Assembly: GCA_964187785.1 (NCBI GenBank)
Contig: OZ076413.1
Coordinates: 50,284,001 to 50,348,000 of the forward strand
From: Amphiscolops sp. MND2022
Lineage: Eukaryota
Length of the DNA: 64,000 nucleotides
Direction: 5' to 3'
The position numbers and the translations under genes were made by a program. The notes under the pieces are model-generated. The model was given only the letters and a program-made list of their open reading frames with translations, was not told the origin of the DNA and did not search any database. Below, piece after piece: positions 11,469 through 24,141 of this stretch (the first letter of the stretch is position 1; each line of letters begins with the position of its first letter).

Positions 11469-14439
11469 GGCGGCATATGGCCATCCAGTCCTTTAATCTA
11501 ATAATATAGTACAGCAACAAATAAAGACAATACTGCGCTGTGATTGGCTAACGAGTTAATTGGACTGGCGGACCAAGGCGACAGGCGAGAAAACATTCGA
11601 ACGCGTTTCCCTTACCTGTACGTCTTGGTGTCCAATTAACTTACATATTAACGCCAGTATACTAATTTTACATGCGATTGCATAATACAAAACATATTAT
11701 GAAGTAAATTATAAGATTTACATGACTTTCTAGAATAATTTTAAGAGTTTTGCTTGCAAGTTTAGTTTTGAGGAAGGGTGTAGGGTTGCACTTTTTTATA
11801 GTCGTGGCAAATTGAATAGACATTGCCATCACATGCGGACGCCTGGGACAAATTGATTCTTTGAAATTTGTAGTCAAAGGCGTGATTTTTTTCAAAACAA
11901 TTTTTCAATGATTTCGATTTAGTTTCCTGTAATAGATTTCGATTTAACATTTTATAAAACCTTTTCCTTGCGACATTGTTTTTCAGTAGTTTTTTTGGAT
12001 TTTTGACAGCACTTTGGTAGAAACTGCTTGAACATCTGGCAAAACAGAACTTTTGTTGATTACTATAAGGAACGGGCGAATAACATTTTCGGAGGGCAAC
12101 ACGTCCCTGTTAATCTTCAACCCTTATATTGATCGAAAAATCTTTTAGCATATGTACTAACTGACATGGTGTTATCATAACAGTGGCTTATATCTATCAC
12201 AGTTTGTTGATTATCGAAGATTAAGTCGCTCAAGGATCTGCTTCAACCAATGAATTAACAAGGTCATTATCAGTTTCATGTTTCTCATGTCTGAGAAAGC
12301 CATTCAGGTACTTTTGAATCATTCAAATAATGTTATATACGATCTATAGAAACCCCCTGTATCGACCCCTTAAATATCTACATAACAGTGCTACACATAC
12401 GAAGACTCAAGGATTCATTCCATCAATTGTCAGGAGTTATCCATTCAGAATGATCAATAAGATTGTTTTTGAAAATTTTAAAATTTGTTTCCATTCTTCA
12501 CAGGTGTAAAAATGTTGATTGCTCTTGGTGGACCTGGCCTGGTGAAGGGTGGTACTACTATGGACCAATCATGACCATATATGGAATGCTATGGAGTCTC
12601 AGTACAGTTAAAATTCAACCATCCCAAAACAAAGACGCAGTTTTTAGAATATTCTGGCATCCTAATAATTTTCATCATCCTTTATTCAGAAATCGCTGGT
12701 GTCAGGATTTCAACAAGGTTTTCGGTTTCTACTTCTGTGCTTTTTGTAAAAAGTCTTCGATAGCGAGAATATATTAATTCATTGTCCTACTTTTTACAAC
12801 ATCAAAATAAGGTCTACACAAATAAGAAGCAACGTCTTACAAGCTGAGTGAGCAGCTCGGAGAATAGTCTTGATGCTAATGAGCAAGTCTCAATGTCGAA
12901 TTTAGGGAAATCAAAATCCGGAAACACGAATTTCCAGTCGTTAACAATCCTGCTACGTCCGTCAGGCTTTAAAATAATATCGTTTTTCTTTGTGGACGAG
13001 AAAGTGCATTGACTTAGATTTTAGAACGCAAAATTCTAAAAATGAACAGATGTCAAAGAGCAATAAATTAGCAAGGTTTTGTTGCAATTTCGTTTCACAA
13101 CGACGTTGACAGGATACTAATACCTTATCAGATGAGGTAGAAAAAATATGAAGAATTTCGGGTAGCGCAGCAGCATGAAACACCAAAAAACCGCAGAAGT
13201 ACTTACAATTGAGACCAGGGACAGTATAGGACTGTCTGCGAGTCAACTCTAAGCGTTTATCAACAGCTATTAAAGTTCACCCAGAGAGACATATTCGATA
13301 GTCGCAGTGATCACTTTTCTGTCAACTTAGGTTTTAAGCAATTCTTGTGAATGATGTTCGTCCCTTGTGTACCTTATTTGAAAATGCTTGAAATTTCTGC
13401 ATGCACTTTAAAGTTGCCAGTAACTTATGATTTTCTAAAACCCTAACGTTACGGAAACATTCATGTGAACAGATTTCCCTGTTGTATTCGACTTTTACAG
13501 CCATTTTATTGCAAAATAACTGCAGTCCCGTAATAAGCTGCAAATTAGCGTCATGTTTAGCGTGATAATTCAGAAGAGATGATCACATCAGATGAGTTGT
13601 TGCGAAACCGAAGTGTGAATACAACGTGGTCGTGTCGGCGACAAACTAAAATTTAGGTTCAATTGCAATAGTGTGAAATGCAGTGCAGTCCTACAAGATT
13701 TATCACCAGGACCTCTAGGAATTGTTTAAGTTTTTTCATAAAATGTACATTACGATACATATGCCGCAAAAATGGACTTTATCATCCAGTGTAAAGTGTA
13801 TTTTCCGTAAAACGAGAGCGAACCGTATTCTCGTCAAATAATGCATCGTGTTCATCGTGGATTGTGATGCACAGTGTAATAAGAAGTTGCGCATTGTGAT
13901 CATTCAGCGTGATTGGGTAAAGTAGTCATTTACTGTATTATGATCACTACGAGTAGCGCCAAATCACACAGTGTAACAAGAAAAACACGTAACGCGTGTT
14001 TGAAATAATAACGCGTTTTGATTGGCTGTTAATGGAACTAGCAAGATCTTGCTAGTTCGTTGCGGCATATGTACCGTAATGTAGCCCTGTATGCAGGTCT
14101 GCAGGATGTTAAAGTTCCAGCAATCTCGACTAGAATACAGTGTAGAATACTGTCTGACTCCGAAGAAAAACTCTGAAAATGTAAAATTGACCATAACTGG
14201 TTAAACTTAGGGTATTTGGAAATTAAGGTTAGAGTTTTCGCTAAGCAAAATAGCTTATTTGTTCTGCCCGTTAGCTTTGTGGATGTCCTTTTGAGATGTT
14301 TTGGGGGCCCGCTTGTAACACAATAACTAAATATATTGACAAATGTCAAGCGATTCCAAGCAATTCAAGTACTCTAGGTACTCCAGGAAAACTTATTGTA
14401 CCCTGTGAATACTCTTGTAACTTGTTACGCTCCTTGACC

Positions 14440-15282
14440 TTGCGAGAATGTTACATCGATCGTTTTACACATAAAACGACGTATCACTGGATCGCAAAAC
14501 AACTCACTTACAAAATTCTCGAATGGCAGGCGTTTTGAAGCAAAAACTAAGCTGAGAAAATTTCTTACTTCCTGTCTTGCAATGCAGTTTGAAAATCAAC
14601 CAAAACAAAGAAGTGCTATCGAAGCGTTTGTCAGAAAAGTTGTCACTAAGTTTTTTGTCAAGCCCAGATATATTTCACTGAAATGTTATTGGAATCTTCC
14701 CAGAAAATTTCTCAAAAAATTAATTTACCTATGTGTACACTCACTCAACTTCAAACTCAACTCTACTCAGCCTCGAAAAAACCACAAGACAATATACAAA
14801 AGCACCAAGAAAGATTGCGTCTGAGTTTTGAAAATTTTACTTGCATCTCATCTCTGAAAGTTGACTTCTGACTGCATGGCGTAGTGGTTCACTAGAAAAA
14901 AGGTTGCTTTTATCTGCTGGAATTCTTACGTTTGCTTGCCTCAGTCTGTTTTTGACAAGTGACTTCTCATCTAAGGTTCACAGCAACCTTAGTTTCAGAT
15001 GTTCGGTTAAGGCCGCATACCTTCTTGACTTTTGAGGCCGAGTGGGACAAAATGTTGGTAGTTTCAATTCAACTGTATTCACAGAAGTTTGTAGAAAAGT
15101 GATTTACCAAATAAACATCAGAAATCAGTGTTAATCTCCCGCTGAAACACAAAGAAGCGTGACTTGGTCTACCTGGAAAGGTTGTTCAGACATATCAAGA
15201 AACTTGTTTGTAGCTTCAAAACTTGCTACGACTCCTGTATATCCTAAAACTTCCCATTTTCGGAGCTCAAATACAAATTACA
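14440..15282 (-). repeat. Copia 3' LTR
   Basis: Direct repeat of ~18736-19510. On the minus strand it begins TGTAATT right after the PPT-like GGGGAA (15283-15288) at the RNase H end (TLRGM*). Left boundary is approximate. Confidence 0.75.
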
Positions 15283-17870
15283 TTCCCCGTAGAGTCTTTT
15301 TTGAACTTTCAACCTTAACTTCTGCCAACAGTTTTCTTAACAATGCAGCAATCATTCCAGTAGTTGGACAAACCCAACATCTAAGTGTCACAATTTGTTT
15401 TTCTTGTATGAAGACCAGCGTGATTGCAAAGTGCTTCATTTTCTGAGAACTCACACTATTTTTAGTTATGGCGACCCAGGCCTGGTTGTCTACATGTATC
15501 GCAGTAGGCTTTTCCGCGTCTTCTCCGATCTCATTTGCAAGTCCTGGCATAAAGTTCTTGAGAAGCTGCAAATAACGACATTGCTTCTGCCTCAGCTGTT
15601 GGGGTCGCTACCGTTGTCTGTAACTTATAACTCCCCATAATCGCTTCTGATTGTGAATTCAGAAAGAAGCGTAAATCACTGACGGACTCCCTAATACCTC
15701 ACTGTCCTGTGTTGTCGGCATCACAGAAACCTGTGAGCTCGATTCTCTTGTGATTGTTTAGACGTCAGTTTTCTACACTTTGTTGCTTTTAGGAACCTGG
15801 AAATGTAGTTTCCTTGTAACCAATGTCTACCGCGAGGATTTTGATTGTATCGACTTAAGACTCTCACACCGAATGGTAAATCAGGTCTTGTTTTGTTTGT
15901 TAAGTAATTCAAACAAACAATCAATGCATGAAAGTTACAACTTTTCATCTCCTTTTGGTTTTCGCTGCCTTCGACAGGACAGTCTGGCATTCTGGTTTGT
16001 TGCCTTTCTGCAACAAGCGGTAAAAACCCTTTGTCGTCCTTCATTCCAAAATTTCAATTTTTTGATATATTTTCTCGAAAATTTTCTTTTACTAATCAAG
16101 AACGTTTTGATCAGTGTTTTCTCAAACTCTTTATTTTTTAAAATCGTCGCTACAGTAGACTAAATCATCTACCCAACTTGCTACGAAGTCCCTATTACCG
16201 TTTCGTTCCCTAAAGAACAAACAAGGATCACTTTTGCTCGGCTTGAACTAAATGCTGAGCAAAATATCTCTAAAGGGAATTGAGCCAGTTGCGACCGGAC
16301 TGCTTCAATTCATAAAGTGATTCTTTAAGCCTACATACGTAGTTATTGCCGTTGGCATTTTTTCTGAACAAATCCTAGTGACTGATCTACAAACATTTTT
16401 TCCTCTTTACCTGCGTTCCAACATGTAGTTTTTATGTGTATCTATTTCAACTTTTCTGAGCTGCCAATTTCAGAGAAACTAGAAGTGTTACCACTTCGAC
16501 AGTCGGACTATATGCTTGATTGTAGTCATCACTTTGTTTATCTTTTTCGAATCCTGTAGCTACGTATCTCGCTTCATGCTTAAAACTTTCTCCTTTATTG
16601 TTTTGTTTCAGTGCAAAAGGCCATTTATCAGTGACGAAGTTTCTTCTTTCGGGCATTTTAACGAGTTCCCACACTTCATTTTTCTGTGAACATTGGTAAT
16701 CCGCTTTCAAAGCACGGAGAAAAAGCGCTTCTTCAATGTTTTTCGGTAACTCTTGATCAACATAATCGCTATGGTATGCGAGCATTTCAATTTCATCGAA
16801 CTCAGACGAATCTGAATCGTGAGGCAAGTTGCTGCTTTGACCTGGGGTGTATTTGTTAGGCGGCTTCACATTGTGTCCGTATTTGATAGAGTCTAGAGTT
16901 AGTATGCACTGTCGAACTATGTAGTTGAGTTTTTCTTATAATCTCGTCCTAAAACTCGAAAATCAGACACATATGGTGTCTTGTCAAAAATTTCTCGAAC
17001 AGTGTTTTGCCATGAGCTGAGTGAACGTACGGGTTTTTTATTTGGGAAACTGCTCGGTATGCAAAAGGTTCAAGTAAGCCTGCTGTTTCCAACAGACACC
17101 TATCATTCGCGAGAATGGTTCCCCGAACACGTTCCATTTTATCGTTTTGCTCTGTTGTGTGCTGTACACTCGTGGAGTTTGACCTTCTCAGGAGACAAAC
17201 AGCACCGAGGTCTCCTGAAGCTATCAACGAATCCTAGAGCGTACTTGAAGTCATCTATCGACGTCCTGTTTTATGGCGATATATCTACGTGGACTATGTC
17301 TAAAGGTTTTTTAACTCTAGTTGCTACTTGACGGCTTATCGTTAAACTCTTGGCATTTTCTGTGTTACACACATCTTAAGGTCCGTTTTCTTTATCTATT
17401 AATTTCGAATCGACTACAGCCTTGGAGAAACTTCGAACATATTTGTTTTTGTGAGCAAGTTTATCATGTCATATTTGAAGCCTTACAGCAGGAGCGGCAT
17501 TACTTTGCTCATGCAAATAATCAACGTGTAAATAATAGTTTGTTTTCACGCTTTATCGGAAGACATCTACCATCCAGAACTTTAACAGGTTTCGCATCAA
17601 AAAACGATCGCATTTTCTACGTCCAGTTTTTTTAATCGAAAATAGGTTTTTAGTGTACTGGAGAACTTTGAAAGTCCAACGATTCTTCAAGTTCCAAGAT
17701 TTGACCTTGGACTTGATTGTCTTTCGCGAAAAAACTTATGGATCTTCTACCTTCAATACTGGATTCATTTCCATACGCACATTCAACTTTACCCTTTTTC
17801 GAAACGTTCAAGCCTCTGAGCAAATCAGCGTCCTTTCTCATGTGACTCCTGCAGCCACAGTTTATTAGAA
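15278..17870 (-). pseudogene. pol: Copia pol remnants (PR, IN, RT, RNase H)
   Basis: Fragments 17650-17841, 16949-17227, 16447-16869, 15721-16044 and 15278-15571 carry Copia motifs, with many stops and frameshifts. Confidence 0.85.
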
Positions 17871-18735
17871 TTTTTATGTTCTTACGCGTCGAACGTACTT
17901 GACTGGTGCAAAACGAGAATCCTTGTTTTTAGGTTACCGATTACTCTCATTTCGATTCGTGTAAAAACGCTTGCTTTAGGCCGTATCGCGCGGAGATCCT
18001 GTTTTTGACCTATTTTCCTTTTAGGGCGCTCATTCACCTTGTGGCCTTTTTCACCACATTCCTAGCACACTCTGGTAGACACGTTTGCTCGGCATTCATT
18101 TTGTTGGTGACAAATTTGACCAGACTTGAAGCAATTCACATCTTCAGTGAAATATGAACCTGCTCCTTTCTCAGTTTAATCTCAGCAACTATCAGTAACG
18201 AAATTGAAAAGATGTCGATTTTGATCTGCAAAGGTTTTATCTTCATGCGGATAATTGAAAACAGTTACAAAACTTGCAAAACTGTTAGGCAAATTTTTAG
18301 GACTACTGATCATTGAATTTGATCGCTAGCATTTTCTCCAACATCGGTTCTTCAGCTCTCATCGACTAATAGTGCATACTTTCTTGTAAAGTCATTCTGA
18401 GGTTCGGTAACTTTTTCAAACGTTGATGGATACGAGGACGTTCACGACTTTCAAAACAGTATTGCAAAAGTTTCTTAGTCTGAGTATAGTTAGACTTCGT
18501 TGTTTTTACAAAACTTTTTGACTTTCTATCTAGACATTACACAAGTTCACACCAAACTTCGTACTGATTTTCTTTGAATCTGTTTTGCTCACTAGCAAAA
18601 TTCCCTTCTGTTTCAAAAACACGATTCCAACTTAGACTGTACAGTACGGTTAGTCATTCAATGTCTGAGTTAAGTAAATTGCCGGAGAAACTCAAAACTC
18701 TAAGCCTTGTGAACCTGAACTTGTGCACTTTTACC

Positions 18736-19510
18736 TGGTGAGAACGTTGCTTTGATCATTTTACCTAAAACGACAAATCACTGGATCGCAAAAACAATTT
18801 ACTCACAAAAACCTTGAATGACAGGCGTTTTGAAGCAAAAACTAATCTCAAAAAATTTCCTACTTCCTGTCATGGTATGCAGTGCATAGCGACGTGCACT
18901 TCGGAAATCAACAAAAACAAAGACATGCTAACGAAACGTCTGTCAGAAAAACTGTCAATAAGTTTTGTTTGTCAAGCCAAGATATATTTCACTTGTATGT
19001 TTTTGGAATCTTCCAAGAAAATTTCTCAAAAAAACTGCTTCACCTATGTGTACTCTAACTCAACTTCAAACTCAACTCTACTCAGAAAAAACAACAACAC
19101 AATTTACAAAAGCATCAAGAAAGATTGCGTCTGAGTTTTGAAAAATTTACTCGCATCTCATCTCTGAATGTTGACTTCTGACTGCATGGCGTAGTGGTTC
19201 ACTTGAAAAAAGGTTCTTTTATCTGCTGGACTTCTTACGTTTGCTTGCCTCTGTATGTTTTTGACAAGTGACTTCTCATCTAAGGTTCACAGCAACCTTA
19301 GTTTCAGATGTTCGGTTAAGGCCGCATACCTTCTTGACTTTTGAGGCCGAGTGGGACAAAATGTTGGTAGTTTCAATTCAACTGTATTCACAGACGTTTA
19401 CAGAAAAGTGATTTAGAAAACGAATATTAGAAGTCAATGTTCATCTCCTGCTGAAATACAAATCGTGACGTAGTCTAACTGGAAAAGTTGTTCACACTTA
19501 TCAAGAAACT
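18736..19510 (-). repeat. Copia 5' LTR (outer end truncated by a different repeat)
   Basis: Direct repeat of 14440-15210; similarity stops ~70 bp short of the 3' LTR end. Confidence 0.75.
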
Positions 19511-19519
19511 CTTTAAACA

Positions 19520-19915
19520 TTAATTCTGTTGCAAATTATCAAAAAAATGAAAAGGGACCTTGGAATACAAACGAAATTTTCGAGAAAAAAGTCTCACAAT
19601 GGCAAAAAAACTAAAAAGGTGAGACTTTGGGATTTTTAAACATCCATTTTGTCGCGAAACATCAAAACAATGAAGGAGGACACTTTGGAGAAAATGTTTT
19701 TCGGAAATAAGTCTCACAATGCCGAAAAAATTGAAATGGCGGACCCTTTAGTCTCTATCGGTTTTTTTTGTTACGCTGAAAATGGAATAACTTTTTTGGT
19801 TCAGTTTCCTGGGCCAAATGGTTCAATTTGACACCTCAAACTTCCGTAGAAATTTGTAAAGACATTTTTGTCAGTTTGTTTGGATTGAAAAAGAAAGAGC
19901 CACTGGTATACTCAT
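19520..19915. repeat. Non-autonomous repeat with internal GGACCCTTT / AGTCTCACAATG(C/G)C units, same family as 21927-22455
   Basis: Recurring units gggacc..tgg..aaaaagtctcacaatg(c/g)c are shared with 22000-22290. Confidence 0.55.
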
Positions 19916-21163
19916 GAGATTTTTCCGAAATGGTGCAAACGTTGTTTGGAAGGGTCAATATTTTTTTTGATTTTCCGGAAAAATGAATTTTGTCAATAAA
20001 ACACGTTAAATAGATCATTGTGTCAACATGGAACTCTCTGGACAATCTAACCATGGGAAATATTCTTCAACTGCATAGAAATCCGATGTATTGGTTAAAA
20101 GATATTTTCAAGCTTTTATCCATAAATTTTGGAGTGTTCGTCTATAAAGCGTACCAGCCGACTGCGCACTGAAATTCTGCAAACGTTCACAAACGCCACC
20201 GAAAGTGTTTGCTTTGAGGTAATTTGAAGGCAGCTCTGACAAAAACCTAACATTGGGCTTCGCACCAGCATATGGGATTGATATTTGGTTCGTTGTTGAT
20301 CTCTCGTGAAAATGTGATTGCGGGAAGTTTTCGGAATCAGTTACCAAGTGTCCTAAAATATCTGAAGCGGGAAAAAAGTAAAATGTTAATTTTTAGGTTC
20401 TTTGGCGTCAGTTTAAGATACTTTTTCCATTAATCTTATCGGATTTCTCTTTGAAACATCATCCTGTGCAGTTGGCTACTTCGTCGCAGAAGTTAATAAC
20501 CTAAAACCAATCCCCTGCGTTCCTGGATGTTCAACATACTACAGAGATCTTAGAAGTAATTAATGCTCCTGCATTACATCATTACATCAAAGTAGTGGTT
20601 ATGCCTATATGATAAGATACCAAAATTCGTCACGAGATGAAAAAAGCTAATGAAAGAATTGACTTGAAAAAAATCGACCATTGCAGTTCAGTAGTTATAA
20701 AGTTACATTATCAGCGTTATGACCTCTACTACTGCTTATTGTTTGACTAAAAGGAAACACAATTAAGAACAGCCAACATTTCTTACCCATGCGTACCCAT
20801 AAGTTTCCATTTGCGTCAGTAAAAGCGTAGCAGATGACTATCTGTTCCGTATTTGAAATCTTTGGGTGTTTGAATCTTTCGAAGTGTTCAAAAACATTAT
20901 CAAAAAGCCTTAAGTTGTCAAAATTTGACTATCTAGCTTTTTGGGTTTTTAAACAGTTTTTGTTGAACAAACCTCAGACTGCCTGTGACAGCGTACGAGA
21001 TAGATATTTGGGTTTCTGTTGACTTCTCTGGGTGTTCTCAATTTCTGAATAGTTCAAAATCTTGAAAAATGGCTGGAAGGTGTTCATATTACGAGAAACA
21101 TCCCGGTAAAATGAATTTCAGTCACGCATGTAATCTGTGAAATCCGTAAAATGCTCATTCAGC

Positions 21164-21363
21164 GTAAGTTAGTCAAGACGGTCTACTCCTGGAAGGTCTA
21201 CTCCTCCGCGAAGAGCGCGCGTAATGGAAAATTGTATAAACTAGTCAAGGCGCGTAGGTAGTGAAAAGTGGAACTTGGTCCAAAAATGCACTTTTCCGTA
21301 ATTCAGTCAAACTTTGACTAACTTCCACTTGGTACAAGTGTTTGCAAAGTTTGACTAACTTAC
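21164..21363. mobile_element. Small MITE-like element
   Basis: 13-bp inverted repeat GTAAGTTAGTCAA (21164) / TTGACTAACTTAC (21351); internal AGTCAA copies. Confidence 0.4.
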
Positions 21364-21926
21364 ACCATGTTTATATGCAATCAATACTCAGTGTTCATTT
21401 TAATTCCACTTCATACAAACACATCGTAAAACAGTTAAGTTGAACAATGATTCCTTAAATAATTAGTTATCATTCCTTTGAAGTATCGTATATAGTACGT
21501 ATAAATTGCATTGCGCGCGTGTACACGTGTATTTTATCCATGCATAATACGTGCAAATAATATCCATTGTAGCCACTAATTAGTAACAATGCCACAGGCA
21601 GAATTGGGTATTTTTTTCTTTTTACAAGTAATTTAGCATAATTCCATTACTTTTTCCAGCATACTTTATTGGATTTCTCTAAAAGAGCGTCCTTCACAGC
21701 TGATTCCATCAGCTTGGAATTCTTTGAATAATTTAACTCCCGGAAATGTTCGAAAATTGTGCAAATGTTGCCTTAAATTGCAAACTTTTGTTACTTGTTA
21801 GTTGTTTTAAGGTCATTTTGAAACACATTCTGACGAATCCTCTCGGATATTTTCTCAAAAAAGCATGTTGGATAGCTAGCTCTGTCATCTTTGTAATTTT
21901 GTTGCTCTGCGAGGGTATCCAAATGT

Positions 21927-22455
21927 AAAACAAGACGGGAACGTCTAAAGTCGGCGCCATATCTAATGCTCAAAAAGCTCAAACTTTTTGAAATTGTAAA
22001 CGGGTGGACCCTTTGAGATTTTTGAAAAAAAAAGAAAAATCGAAAAATAAGAATTTTGAGCCAGTCTCATAGTGCCGAAATACTTGAAAGGGGAGACCCT
22101 TTGGGCTTTTTGAAACTTCAGTTTGCTGTAAAACATCAAAAAAATTGAAGGGGGACCCTTTGGAGACAAAAAAAATTCGAAAAAAAATCGCACTGTGCCG
22201 AAAAAACTTAAACCCTATAGTCTCGTCCTGTTTTGTATCTTACCATAAAAATGGAGTAACTGCAAGGGGGACCCTTTGCATTATCCTAAATGCGCCCCCG
22301 TTTGCCTTTGCCAGTCCAGTAGTTTAGTACTGTAATTAGTAGTTGAACGTTAGTTTTAACGTTCGTCGCTTCGAGTCTGTCTTAAATAAAAAAAAAAGAA
22401 AAAAAACGAGTGACTGTAATAGTCGGGCTCTTTTATTAATAAAAGCGCCGACTAA
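21927..22455. mobile_element. Putative non-autonomous Helentron/HINE (DINE-1-like) element
   Basis: Subterminal IR AGTCGGCGC (21949) / GCGCCGACT (~22445); terminal stem-loop tagtcgggctcttttattaataaaagcgccgacta (22420-22454); internal tandem units; A-tract flanks. Confidence 0.45.
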
Positions 22456-23394
22456 AAAGAGTCTCTTTTCAGAGCTCCTGAGTGACGCGCCAGCTCGAAG
22501 CACTTAAAACCAATCACTAGCAAGTCTGGGAGTTCAACATAGTTCACAAGTCTGAGAAAAGAGTGATTCGGCTGAGTTACATCAAATTAGTGCTTAAGGG
22601 TATAGGATGTTGATGAGAAGCTACTATATTAATAGCCTATTTTTCCAAAACAACGAGGAGTAGAAAATACGAAACAATAAAAAGCACAGTGGATAAAAAG
22701 CACAAACTGTAACTACTGATCTTTTCCTCTCCTTCTTGGATTTTTTGGGAAATAATGCTCCCAGCTATACAATGAAATGCCGTTTATTTCAAAAGTAAAA
22801 CAAAAAAGCCATGAACTGTCTGTTTACAAATGTGTGGTTTCTTGATTCATCTTATCTTGATGTTTTTTGCCTGTTCCGTCCAGTCAAATAGTAAAGATAC
22901 TCGGAACAAAACTGATTTGTTTGTCTCAGGGGTTTTGGAGATTTGTTAAATTCTTTTCATCAGGCTGGTTAACGTTATTTACACTTCTGTTTTCTGTAAA
23001 CAGTACAGTCTATCTTCACATACTTCTTACAAGGATCTTGAACAATTATTTGAGAAAAGCAACAATGTCATGGAGTTTTCTTGAAAAACTTTGATCCAAG
23101 AGTCCTTTTGCAAACGTTTTCTGAATTTTAAACATATTTTACTTGTGATGTATCGTTTTTTTTTAAAATCATAACCACCGAATGTCTTGACCAAATTTCT
23201 ACCAGTAATCGCGACGTATTTTGTACCGGATTGATTAGAGGATACTTTTTCGATACATAGTGGGATTGTACTAGGGGGGACTGAGTGATAAACGAATTTA
23301 ATTCATAACCCATAAGAGAAGCGTGAGAAAAATGACTGCCTCAGAAGCTGCGGAAAGTTATACCTAAACTACAGTATAATGTTGCAACACAATA

Positions 23395-23518
23395 GTCAGT
23401 GTTAAAATTCAAGCTAGAAAGGCCAGAAAACGAAGTCTTTTGTAGCTTCTTCCACCGGGAAGAAGTTTTTATAAAGACTTCGTTTTCTACCCTCTCTAGC
23501 TTGAATTTTTGCACTGAC
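23395..23518. mobile_element. Fold-back MITE / long hairpin
   Basis: gtcagtgttaaaattcaagctagaaaggccagaaaacgaagtcttt pairs with aaagacttcgttttctaccctctctagcttgaatttttgcactgac. Confidence 0.7.
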
Positions 23519-23662
23519 GGAAAAATTGAGTAACTTTTAGGTAACGAAAAAAATAAATGCCCCTATTAAAAAAGGTCGAAACAACTCGAAAATCAAAAGT
23601 GACATCCTTTTTGAATGGCAATTGATCACTTTTAAAAATATCAAACGCCCATTTAGGCAGTT

Positions 23663-23724
23663 AGTAGTAGATGTACGCGGCATTCGCGGTGGGGGGGGGG
23701 GGTTGAGTGAGTAACCAAATATGG
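23663..23724 (+). repeat. Left terminal inverted repeat (core)
   Basis: agtagtagatgtacgcggcattcgcggt(G)nttgagtgagtaaccaaatatgg is the reverse complement of 41672-41737, apart from G-run length and ~2 substitutions. Confidence 0.95.
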
Positions 23725-23743
23725 TCATAACGCAGACTCCAAA

Positions 23744-23896
23744 TGACGTCATGATTGCGACACAATGACGTAACCGAATGCAAAAACATTTGGAATAACG
23801 TCACTAATCATTACATTTCATTGGTTGACGAAAAAGAGCGACTAACAAAATGGAATGGTTTTTTCCATTGAGCCAAGCAAAAACTGAGTATAAAAG
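23744..23896 (+). promoter_or_regulatory. Inward-facing Pol II promoter: CRE/ATF sites, inverted CCAAT, TATA
   Basis: TGACGTCA 23744, TGACGTAA 23766, TAACGTCA 23796, ATTGG 23820, TATAAAAG 23889. Confidence 0.55.
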
Positions 23897-24141
23897 TAGT
23901 TAGTTTGCTGGGTGATAAAGTAGTACTTTGCACAAATCCTAACTATCTTGCCTTCTTCTTTCTAGTGGGATCTGTTGTTATCCAGGTTTGAGCCGCAGCA
24001 TATCCTCAATCTTCTTTCCTAGTATTTGTGCAAGGGCTACTTTTCGGCAAAAAAACACTGATAGTTCATAGCGAAAAGTGTAAATTATCTACTCTAGTGT
24101 TTTTGTGAATAAAACTTGTTTGAGATTAAAGCACAAGATTT

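Larger units (their letters stand above)
14440..19510 (-). mobile_element. Ty1/Copia LTR retrotransposon, heavily decayed
   Basis: Minus-strand order PR (DCGCRSHM ~17850) - IN (EQNDKMERVRGTI) - RT (NEVWELV, KWPF, ARYVATGF, YSPTV, TRPDL) - RNase H (VDNQA, KHFAI), lying between two ~0.8-kb direct repeats. Confidence 0.88.

Noticed and set aside
12150..12780. Possible plus-strand host exons (TACTAAC branch point ~12155, acceptors ~12183 and ~12503)
   Set aside because: The first candidate exon has stops in all three frames and no domain was recognised.
12900..14400. Short ORFs and splice-like signals between Gypsy 1 and Copia
   Set aside because: No coherent gene model or motif could be built by eye.
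14582..19134. Similar small ORFs 14582-14824 and 18814-19134 ending KKDCV
   Set aside because: Their similarity is explained by the LTR duplication; no evidence of coding.
19520..22300. Recurrent spaced units as a CRISPR-like array
   Set aside because: Eukaryotic context, degenerate irregular units, no unique spacers and no cas genes.
20050..23320. Exon-like minus-strand blocks (~20055-20360, 22870-23120, 23135-23280), possibly a decayed host gene
   Set aside because: In-frame stops and no recognisable protein family; needs homology or RNA-seq support.
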